20,000 bases of DNA from Peribolospora baueri (taxonomy: Eukaryota), in contig JAMDHS010000002.1 of assembly GCA_029717555.1 (NCBI GenBank), positions 552,512-572,511 on the forward strand, in the 5' to 3' direction. The notes beneath the pieces were generated by a model, which was not told the origin of the DNA, did no database searches, and was given only the letters and a program-made list of their open reading frames with translations. Numbering within the stretch: position 1 is the first letter of the stretch; each line of letters begins with the position of its first letter. A program made the translations under genes and the position numbers. Positions 1 through 10,190 of the stretch are shown here, piece by piece.

Positions 1-982
1 CGTCAGCCTCTGTATATTTCGTTGAACATGCTCGATCCTCCGTCCATGGTCGTTTCTCTCTTCAGAAACCACCGGTTCGGCCGCGGTCGTGTCGTGTCGT
101 TTCGGTCGTCGGACGATCTGTTTTCCTAGTGTTACCTCGCTCGCCCTCTGCTGCCTCTCGCGTAATCGTCCTTGGCGCCTCTTCGTCTAGTCGTCTCTCT
201 TCGACCCCCGTCGCGTTCTCCCTCTCGCCTCGTCGCAGGTCGCGAGTTCTGTACTTAACTAGTCTATTTTACGGCAAGAAGTGAAAGGAACCGGTTCCGT
301 CGTCGTCCGTCTCGTGCTCTCGGCCTACAAAGTGCTCTCGGCCTACAAATGACGTAAACAGTCACTCGGCGCAGGTAGTTGAAATGGGGCGGGGTCATTC
401 AGGAAGCGCGGTTTAGATAACACCAGCCTAGGATGGCATGAGGGAGCTGTGGCCGTAGCCTGCGAGGTGCCAATGCTTGACTGGAAAGAGAGCGGCAGGC
501 TGCTTTGCTGTTCAGGGTCCAGCTCACCACTCAGTTCAAGGCTCCCGGCACGGCTTTGCCATGGCATTCTTTGCGCTAGTGCCTCAGCAGGTGCTCTTTC
601 TAACACCGGCTTTTTTGCCCTGCCATCCGGTTTTGTTGTGCGGAAGAGGATGATGATGCTAAGAGTATTTGCAGATCTGCGCGGAGTAGTACTGATATAG
701 GAGATACCCACAAAGAGGGATCAGGCTAGGAAGACACAAAGGATGGGAAGAGCAGCGGATACATGTGGGACTTGCGAAATACATGGAGAAACTGCCATGG
801 AGAAACAGAGTTTTGGGGAAACTGCCAATTCCGTTTCCTCTAGTCACTAATCTAGAAGACCGAGATTATAATCGTTCGACTTTCGTGAATGGTATGTATC
901 GTCAGGACCGTCGTGGTGTTGGTGAAAATGATGCTGCGTGAACGACCGGACCCCTCGTTGACGCCCAGCCACTTGAAGTCTT

Positions 983-3900
983 CTAGGCCATGATGACCCG
1001 CACTCCAAGATCACTGAGCGAGCCACCTTTGAAGTCGGGGCCAGGACAGGACTGAGCATGGAAGGCGCGAGGAAAGAGAAGACGGATAGGATAAGAGGTG
1101 TGTTGTCATACAGCTATGAGGCTGCTAGCCGCGAGCAGAAAGAACATCACTCACCATGAACATCAGACTCTTGTGGACGTCCAACTTCCTGCTAATTGCC
1201 TCTACTATCTGGGCATTAAAGGCGCCCTCGACGAAGACGAGGTCGACCGTGATGGTCGGGAAGGCTTCATCTACTAACTTTTGGTTGCTGAAAGAAAAAC
1301 AATGTCGGGGGGAAAGTGTTGACACTCGATGTGAGATGACTAGCATGCAGATTACTTCGGCCTGAACGACGCGCCTGAGCCTTTTTATGCTTTTTCTTGC
1401 CTTCAGCATTCGGGCAGACCGACGCAAGCTCTATGCCCTAGCGAATGATGTCGAATAGAACTCACCTCTCAAGTTCAGAAGGAATCTGGTTGATGTGATC
1501 GTAACAGTGTACCAATTTTACGCAAGATGTCCGCTCATTCTGTTCAGAATAAGTAACGAGTAAGACCAAGACTTATTCAGACAAATTGAAATAAGAGGAT
1601 AATACCACTCCGAAGTGAAAGTGACAGAAGGCGCACCTTTCGAACATAAAGAAGAGCTTCGATGAGGTGAGAAATCTGTCGATGCGCAGAGGTGACAAAC
1701 AGAACAGACGGCCTTCATGATGAGCGACTCCACCGAGGGAAAACATGCGCCCGATGCGCAAGGGGAAATAAATGGGAAGCCGCTCTCCACCCACCTCGTC
1801 CGTCTTCGTAAAGTAGATGACGGCATGCCTCTTTTCCTTGATCATCCAGCCCCTCATCGCATTTGCCCACCCGGAACACCACCTTGCTTGCCTCAATCTC
1901 ACCGGCATCTGCTCCCACAGCCACAGCACTGCCCGTCCGATGCCGATTCTTGCCCTGCATGCTAGCAAGAACGCGGCGATGACGGCCGCATAGGCGGCAT
2001 AGTACAGCAACATGCTTGGCCCTATGATGGTGTTGCCGACCAGCGCCACTACGCCCACCGTCGAGGCGGCGAAGACGGTGAGAAGGGATGCTGGTGGTTC
2101 GGAGCGGGGGATGCGAGGGCGGAAGATCTTGAGGAGCAGGAGGGAGAGGCAGAACATGCATAGGATGCAGATGAAGGAGACGCTGAAGACGGAGGAGAGC
2201 GTTTGGAGGTTGAACGAAGCCGTGGCGCAGCCTAGGAGACAGAGGAGGAGGAAGACGACCACGCTGAGGTACGGGGAGCCAGTGGGCAGGGTACGCAAGA
2301 AGACTAAGGGAAGGATGTGGTCCCTGAGGAAGAGCAGGTGGAATGTGTGTTGAGTTATAGTGCACCGCTTTACAGGTCTACCCGCACAATGGATGGACAA
2401 GCGTTCCAACTTTGCTCACCTGCTCAACGCCTCCACCAGGCCAGAAAAGCTCAAGACGCCGGTCAAGATGCCACCGCAAAGCACCGCCATTGCATCGACC
2501 ACAATGACGATGCGGAGCCATCTCCCGGCCACGTCATTAGCGAGTGCGGAGAGCACATTGGCGCCGCTGAGAATGTCAGCGAGGGGAAGGTTGGCGAGGA
2601 GAAGAAGCATCAAAGGTGCATTGAGGAGGAGCACCGTGATGTGCAGGTTTCGGAGGGCTTTAGGGAAGGCTCCTGGTCGGACGTTGGATACGTAAGAAGG
2701 TGCGCACTCGAATCCTGGTGGAGTCAAAGAACAGTATGAATAAGGCGGGGCACCGTAAACTTGCTGTTCATAACCGCCATTGCGAAGGCCCACGTCCTCC
2801 TCTCCAAGATGACGGCAAGAGGGCCACTACTCACCCGTAAGCCCGACAAAGCCTATACACACCCCTTGAAAAATGGCATTGCAGACTCCACGAGCATCTA
2901 CATGTGATACGGTCTCGTTCCAGTTCGAGGCGAGAACGGCATTCCCCGTGCGCGCCCAGCCGACGATAGAGGCTATCGCCAGGGCGGACATTGTGGTGAG
3001 CTGCGCCGTGGAGACCGGAAGGCGGTGAGGAGGGGTGGGTAAGGGCGCCATACATTTGAGTGAGCGGACGTCCTCGAGGCGCTCTGTTGACAGAGAAGAA
3101 ACAACCTGGGGCGCTCACGTGAAAAGCACACATGCCGAACGCTACTCCGCTGCTATCTCTCATCCCGCTTAACGTCAGGCACACGAACACAACCAGAAGG
3201 CCAACTGTGACGACCCAATGTCCAAATGGCATGTGGACAACTTCGCCGGCCAAATACGCTGAGGCGGTACTTGCACTAACGCAAGCGGTGGCCACGCCGT
3301 CGAGCAGAGTAAGTGCGGCGCCGACAACAGCGAGCGTTTTGGACGAGTAGGCGTTAGATAGAAAGCCATACGAAGCCGAATTGAGGGAAAGGGCCGAAGT
3401 CAATTCGACGAGGACAGGGCGAAAGGGTCCTAGAAGGAGGGTAGAGACTAGGAGAGAGATGGGCGAGAGAGCGCCGGCCAGGACGGAGACTGCAGGAAAA
3501 GCATCTGGTGTACAACATGATAAAGTAAGATCACTCATTGGCGAAGAGTAAACCGAACAGCCAAAACCCACTCACAGAAAATGCTGCCTGTGACCGCATT
3601 CCCGGCAATAGCCGTCCCTCTCCACTGCCCGAGCAAGTCCTTCACTCTCTGAGCGTCCAACGTCGACTGCGCTTCGGCCAAATCAACCGGAGTGAGATCG
3701 AGGTAATGCATGCTTCCCCATCCAGCAAACAGCCAATCGTCCTCAGGCCTCCTCCCACTGGAGCCCTCCTCGCCCAGCTTGAGATTCCACCTTCCATCGT
3801 CCTCCGTCTCAGGCGGGCCATCTCCTTCCTCCAGCACCTCGTCCAAAGCAATGCCTACTCCCCTCCTAACAGGAGGAGGTCTGCGTTTTCTCTGCCTTCG

Positions 3901-4254
3901 AATGATTGTCGCGAACTGACTCTCGGCGAAGCTGGGCGGGTAAAGGGAAGAGTTTTCCTCTCCATCCTTACCGTTGGAGGAGCCCAGGTCTTCCCCGGCG
4001 GTAGCGGAGTTTGAGATGCGATCATGGTCGCGAGAGAGAGACATAGTAGCACCTACGCCGATGATGCTGGCAAGAGAGGTAACATGGTGCCCGACATTCG
4101 TTTCTTTGGAACTGGAAGGACGGGTTGTCGAGTCGATTTGGTCATTGGAGTGAGCGCGACGCCGATAGCGGAGAGGAGAGGGAGGCGAAGGCGAAGAGAT
4201 AGCGCCAAGATGACGGGCGTCGGACCTTCCTTGGAGGGGGCGGTTGTGCGACAT
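983..4254 (-). CDS. APC-superfamily amino acid/polyamine permease with a long disordered N-terminus and a C-terminal cytoplasmic domain; 9 exons, ~789 aa
   Basis: Manual model: complement(join(983..1051,1155..1287,1466..1539,1637..1675,1795..2323,2420..2714,2835..3000,3119..3504,3576..4254)) = 2370 nt, divisible by 3. All introns are GT..AG with matching phases. The spliced protein has TM1 'GQWRGTAIAGNAVTGSIFYAFPAV', TM6 'GFVGLTGFEC', 'LSRDHILP', many hydrophobic helices, and a C-terminal 'LLYVRKNERTSCVKLVH..IPSELESNQKLVDEAFPTITVDLVFVEG..MFMSCPGPDF..VRVIMA*'. The ORF-track start at 4287 is TTG; the first in-frame ATG is at 4254. Confidence 0.9.
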
Positions 4255-4599
4255 GAACTCGCTAGCGAAGGGAGCCTCAGGGAGCAAGTGCCGCGGAGAG
4301 AACGTCGAGGAGGAGCGTACATTGAGACTGAGGCGAACGATCTCGTCGCGAAGTTGATTCGCGTTGAGGGACCTTTACACGTGACGCCACGTGCGATAAA
4401 CGCCGATGAGGGATCTCCTAGGCTGGGGAATGATGAGAACAGTCCCTCCACCTGAGCGCATAGTCGTACCTCATCTTTCCTCGCATAACAATAACTAGGG
4501 CAGCGCTGATCAGGGAGAAGATCAGCGTGCTCGCCTAGGCAGCAGAAATTCAAGCTCCTTGCCTCTACGCTACTTTTGCGACCGGACGACCACACGACC
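4255..4599. promoter_or_regulatory. Compact (~345 bp) divergent intergenic/bidirectional promoter region
   Basis: Lies between the minus-strand ATG at 4254 and the plus-strand ATG at 4600, and contains an imperfect inverted repeat at 4495-4538. Promoter function is inferred from geometry only. Confidence 0.55.
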
Positions 4600-7500
4600 A
4601 TGATCGGTGAGCAAGCAAGCCGGCACGGGATCGCTGCACCCGAGTGCTTCTCAATATCACTGACGGATGTCCACGAATTTCACTCGCTCTGCCCAGACGA
4701 ACAGGAGGCTAGACAGAACAACGGTGGACTTGAGGAACAGATCCTTCGGAGCAGGAGGGAGAGGGAGATTAGGAGGTCGCGGAGAGCAAGTGGTCAAAGT
4801 ACCCCCGGAGGTGAGCTGAGTATCTGGAGTGAACCACACCAGCGCCAGCCAGCTCAGCTAGCGGGATTCCAAGTTCATCTTAATTTGTTTCCCCTTTCTT
4901 CCGGTTCTCTTGCGTTTTATTTACATTCCCGCCCGTCGACAGTCTCCCCCCTTGCCTCTCCCAACGTATCCACGTTCGACGCCGGAGATGCTGGTGGAGC
5001 CGCCGCTTCGCGCGAAGACGCCCTCCGCAAGCTGACGTCCTCCGCTACGACAACGACATCCTCATTGCCCATGGCACGACTATCTACTTCGCATGTCGAA
5101 GACAGTCCACCCACAGAACTTACCAACGCGGTTCTTCCGCCGACAAGCGTTGCTCCAGCTCCGCGCAGCACGTCTCCTACAAAAGGCGTAGGAGCATCTA
5201 GACGCTTCCCGCAGCCATCCTACTTGTCCTCCACAAAGCCAAACGCCGTGACCTCAACGGGCACTCAACCCATGTCGCTTGCCTCCTTCATGGGAAGCCG
5301 CTTGACGCAGCAGCCTCTACACAAGCCCTCCGGAGGCTCTGGTTCGGGCCGAGAGACGGATCAAGATCTCCTTGCTGCCCACCTCGGTGTCTCCAAGGAC
5401 CAGCTTGGCAGGGTCAGTACCAGCCCGCAGAAAGGGGGAGCCACCAGCCTCGCAGCTTTCATGACTGGCAGGGGCGCCGGGGCCGGCGGCCCACGATTGA
5501 CCAAGCCCACTGCAACCGAGGCTGCGCCTAGTCTTGGTTTTACTTCCAGCGGCTTTCCTAGGCCAAGCAGCGTTCGATCCTCTGCCGGCGATGGTCTTCC
5601 TGGGATAGGAATGGGATCGGGAAGGATGTCGGCAGAAAGTCGCTCATCGGCTCCGGAGACGATCATGCAGACTATCAAACCTACGCTCGCCCAGCGTGGT
5701 ATCCCCTCAGCGGCTAGTTCACAGGCGGATAGCAAGTTTGAGCCCGAGCCAAAATATGAGAGGACCTCGTCGCCCATGTCTCCGAGTCCTGAAAAAGCGT
5801 CCTCACTAGCTCTGGCGCCGAACCACCCGACGACTGCGCCTTCTTCTACGGAGACAGCTCGGCCAGCGTCCCCTTCCAAGGAGCCACGGGCCGTCTCTAC
5901 GGCAGCAGTCGCGCCTAGATCAACTTCTGCTCACACATCCGCCTCCACCATTACGCCTACGAATGGTGCTACTCTCCTTCGCCGTCCAACGCACCCAAGC
6001 TCCTCATCCGCCAAACCACCCCCTTCCTCGTATGCCGGCCTCCCGAAGACCAACCCTTCACCGGCCTTCGCGCCCAAATCCACGGACAAGCATCCCCGAC
6101 CGAGCATCACGCGCTTGCAAGGACGGAAGATGGTTGGGCAACGGATCAAGGAGAATGAGGAGAGGGATGCGGCTGCTGCCGGATCAGGGACTGGAGCTAA
6201 GACTGTAAGCGGAGGGGAAGATACAGGAGGTGGAGGAGCGTCGAAGAGGGTTAACGTTTTGGATCGGTGGTCTGTCGATGCGCCCATCGTCGCCACCACT
6301 ACGCTCGCTTCATCCGAACCTGTCGCGATCCCGAAAAAATCTGCTTCAGTGCCCACACCTGTCGATAGTAGCTCGGGACACAGCCCTGGTCCCGTACCGC
6401 CTATACCCGACTCGCTCGCCTCTTCTACCCCTACGCTCTCATCGTCCAGCAAGGATGCTACTGCGCCCGTCTCCACACCTCGCTTCGTCAGCCCTGCTTC
6501 CACTTCACCCGTCAAGCACGGAGCCTTCGCAAGCGGCGTGGCTCTCCCAGCTATGGGTGGTGGTGGGCGTTCTTGGGAGAAGAAGTCCACATCCGTTTCC
6601 TCGGCTCTTCCCTCGGCTTCTGCTGATGACGAGGACAGTGCGCCCATGGCTGCGTTCCAGAGGCTCCCAGGATTGGGAGGACCAAACTCTCCGTTCGCGA
6701 CTAGGTCAGATGGTGCTCCTGGACGTCTCTCTGGTCTAATGAGGCCTTCAGGCAAGCGAGCGGAGGAAGGTTTCGGGACCACGGAGAAGGACAAGGAAGG
6801 AGCCCCACTGAGCCATGTAAGTGTCTGTTAGACTATCACCAGGCGCGGCGGGTCACTCCTTGCTTGTCTTACTGGCCTTCTAGTCGGGCTAGCAAGCTGA
6901 ACGAGGATGTGCATGGCTTCCTTTGCTCACAGCTGACGAAGAACCGTGCACGAGGCCCACAACGCTCTAAGCCGCGCACCACTGCCACAGCCGCCGTCAC
7001 TGGGAGCTCGTCAGGTCGACTGCAGCCTGATTCGAGATCCACCCCAGCGACGGCAGCGGCTAGGACGGCGACCGCCGCGTCAGTGTGCGCTCCGGAGGCC
7101 AGCACCGTCTCCACGTCCTACCGTTCTCCTAACCCCATTCCGATAACCCTTCCTCCGACAGTCAGCACGCTCCTCAACTCTGTGCACGACACAGTCCGCG
7201 ACATCCAGCCGTCGTCGAGGTACGAGTCGGTCGATAGGCCAACTGTCATGGAAGTCGAGCGAAACTTGAAGAACGCGGAAGAAGTGGTAGCGAAGGAGAG
7301 GGAGAAGATGCAGAGTGCCGCTAGACAGACGGTGGGTACGGAGGAGAAAAATCCGTGGGCGAGCGCCAAGATGACCACAGGCACCGGACTTGAAAAGGAG
7401 ACGGTGGTCTCGTCGACCGTTCCGATTCGCTCGGCCATGTCCTCGTGGAACAGCCCCTCCCACTTTTCAGCTGTGGACCCCGAGGCTCATGAAGACGTCG

Positions 7501-9155
7501 AAGACGATCGGGACGTGGTGAAAGGCGGCACCGTGGCCGGGATCAAGGCGCGATGGGCCAAGTCCGAGGACATTGTTTCTTCCCCCCCTACGTCATCGAC
7601 TCCTGCGGCGCAGAGGGACGACGAGATGTCACCTGGAAGCTCTACCAAGCCCTCGACGATACCCGCAGCAGTGTCTCCCGATTTTGGCGAAGGCAGATCG
7701 CCACTTTCTCGATCTTCTTCTGTGCTGTCGTCCAAGCGTCCGGTTCATTCTGGTCTCTCAAGCGATCCTTTGCCCTCCATCGACGTTTCCGCCCTTATGG
7801 AACCGCCAGTCAGGCCCTCTACAAAGCCTGCGTCAATTAAGCTCATCTCCCTCGATGTTCTGTCCGTGAATCCCAGCACAGGCTCGACGGCCAAGATCCC
7901 TGCTGGAGAGCAACACATCCTTTATGACACGGAGGTGATCGCCGTTATTGAGCGGTTCAAGACGACGGAGCTGGCGGAAAGCAAGGTATATGGATGGGTG
8001 GGGAGAAAGGCTACAGTTGCGGACAAGGCGGAGAGGAAGTTGACGGAGCTGGCGAGGCAGTACGGTACGCAGCTGGCGCGATGTGAACAGGCGGGAGAGA
8101 GCGCGGAGCTGGTGGAGGCGTTAGGGGGTATGATCGTCGTTCGTGAGGTGAGTTCTACTTATCTGCGGAGCATCGCGGTAAGCAGGACGGTTAAAAGAAG
8201 GCTGACGTCGACCTCGCTGTACTCCACTATGCCTCGGTCTTCTGGCTGGCAGGGATCGCGCGCTCACTTCGAGCCGTCCAACATCCAGATGTACACTGTC
8301 CGCAACGGACCGGCGTATGGGAGCATCGTCATTGACCAGGTCGACTTTGTGAGTTCATCTCGGTCTCGAAGACAATCGGCGCTTCCGTCGATACACATTT
8401 CCTAACCTCCCTTCTCGCCTGTGATTGAATAATATAGCTCGCCTCTAATTTATCTTCTGCCTATTCCGTCGTCATCTCCGTCCTCTCCGAGCTATACGTC
8501 TGGCATGGCCTAGGCAGCTCGCCCGCGGAGCGCTCTGCAGCGGTCCAATACGCAGCTACGCTCGGAAACGCCATCAACGAGGTGGAGGAAGGCGACGAGA
8601 CCATCTGGGCGTTCCTCGAAGAGGGAGAATACGCCGCCGCGCGTCACCACGTCTTCCGTCCCTCTTGGGCCGCGGGCGTCAGGGAAAAGGTATTTGAAAT
8701 CAGTGCAGAAGGAGACGGAAAGTGCGTCCGCCTGTCCGGCCTCTCCACGGCCTCGATCTCGCCGTCAGGTATCTACCTCGTGGACGCCATCTTCGAGCTT
8801 CACGTCCTCCTCGGCGCCCGGGCCCGCTCTGTCGACCGAGTTCGCGACGTCCGCCTCGCGCTCCGACTGGCACAGCGGCTGAGCGAGCGACTGCGAGACG
8901 AGAGGCCGTTCGCGCCGCCCATCCACGTCGTCGCCTTTCCCAGCGTCCCGCCGAGAGATCTTCGATCGGTGTTCCGGTCGTGGAACGACGAAAATTTGGT
9001 GAGTCGTTCTTCACTCCGTCCGTCGCTGATGCCCCAAGTCGTTCTGACGATCGCCGATCTTTCTCTCTCCTCCATGCACGTTTCAGTGCGGCGGCGTCAC
9101 GCCGACAGACATGAACCTCTTCACGCTCGAGGAAGCTTTGCAGCAGGTTGAGTAG
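4600..9155 (+). CDS. Large fungal actin-regulator-like protein: short N-terminal charged helix, Ser/Thr/Pro-rich disordered region, CPI-like motif, three C-terminal gelsolin/villin-like repeats; 7 exons, ~1311 aa
   Basis: Manual model: join(4600..4606,4697..4810,4943..6816,6933..8147,8253..8348,8438..8998,9087..9155) = 3936 nt, divisible by 3, with GT..AG introns and branch-like CTGAC/CTAAC. Gelsolin-like motifs: 'KVYGWVGRKA..EQAGESAELVEALGG', 'SNLSSAYSVVISVLSELYVWHGLGS..ERSAA..EVEEGDE', 'SISPSGIYLVDAIFELHVLLG'. Ends 'DMNLFTLEEALQQVE*'. The first two exons are less certain; an alternative ATG lies at 5071. Confidence 0.82.
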
Positions 9156-9661
9156 CCAAAATCCCGTCCGGCTCCCGACCGCCCGTCGTCGTGTTCCTCA
9201 GATGGGGACTGAAAAGGAAGGCACTTGGTCGCTGTCTCCGCTTTGCTTACTCGGGGCCACCACACAGATAGGCAACGCGTGATGTGGGCAGTTGACGCAC
9301 GCAGCGGAGGAGGAGACGAATGGGTTGACGATTCTGGATTACGACAATCATCCGTATGATCACATCGACGACGGGTACGACAGGCTGGAAGGTGCGGGCA
9401 GACGACACGCGATGGCGAGCCGAGCGGATGGCACCGACCAACTCGTGTTTCCTGGTGGTGATTAGCGGAATGAGGCGTAGAGTGGAACGGGGGTTGGGAA
9501 GGAAGAAGAAAACATGGAAAGGGTAACTTGAGACAGTACAACGACGTACATGCTGCGAGGGTGACCAGAGAGGAATCAAGGCAGGGCGCACATTCGGGGC
9601 GCAGCGCGAGGTGTAGTGAGAGAGAAACGAGATAGGAGACAGACGGAAGGGGACGGGAGAA

Positions 9662-9790
9662 CAGACGGACGACGGACGGGCGGACGGACGGACGAACGGA
9701 CGGACGGACGGGCGAACGGACGGACGAACGGGCGGACGGACGGACGAACGGACGAACGGACGAACGGAGGAGACGGTAGACGAACGGACT
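9662..9790. repeat. Degenerate tetranucleotide microsatellite (ACGG/ACGA)n
   Basis: 'gacggacgacggacgggcggacggacggacgaacggacggacggacgggcgaacggacggacgaacgg...' in the convergent intergenic region. Confidence 0.9.
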
Positions 9791-10190
9791 CTGACTAAGA
9801 CGGAGGGGAAACGAAAATAGACAAGTCAAAGAGCGAGAAGGTAGCGGGTAGCAACGGCGACGTTGGTGGCGGGCGTGAGGGGGTGGGGGGCGGCCAATGG
9901 CCAATAAAATAATGCGATGAGAGAGGGGGAGAGAAGTTCGGGTTCGGGTTGGCGGCGCTCATCCGGACACTCACGACGACGGAAACGAATAAGGATGATA
10001 TAAACAAGGAAGTGTGACGGCGGTGGCCTTGGTCAGAGGAGGCAGCGGTAGGGGGCAAGAGCGGGGGACGGAGGGAAAAAGAAAACATGCTCCTATAATC
10101 CGTACAACCCCTTTTTTGACCATCAAGACATTCTCCGCCTTCCGTGGTAGACGCGGCGGGGACCGAAAAACGCAAGTAGGGAAGGGTTTA

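Noticed and set aside
200..240. Plus-strand polypyrimidine tract ending in CAG (splice-acceptor-like)
   Set aside because: No identifiable coding exon follows and any donor or gene would lie outside the window.
4428..4510. Possible box C/D snoRNA (ATGATGA at ~4429, CTGA at 4452 and 4506)
   Set aside because: No clear C' box or terminal stem, and no convincing rRNA antisense element adjacent to the D boxes; snoscan would settle it.
1715..7735. Antisense and alternate-frame ORFs overlapping the permease and gelsolin-domain genes
   Set aside because: These are expected shadow ORFs of GC-rich coding sequence.
9083..10175. ORFs in the convergent intergenic region (9083..9904, 9795..10175)
   Set aside because: Translations are dominated by the (ACGG)n repeat (SVRP repeats) and have no recognisable motif.
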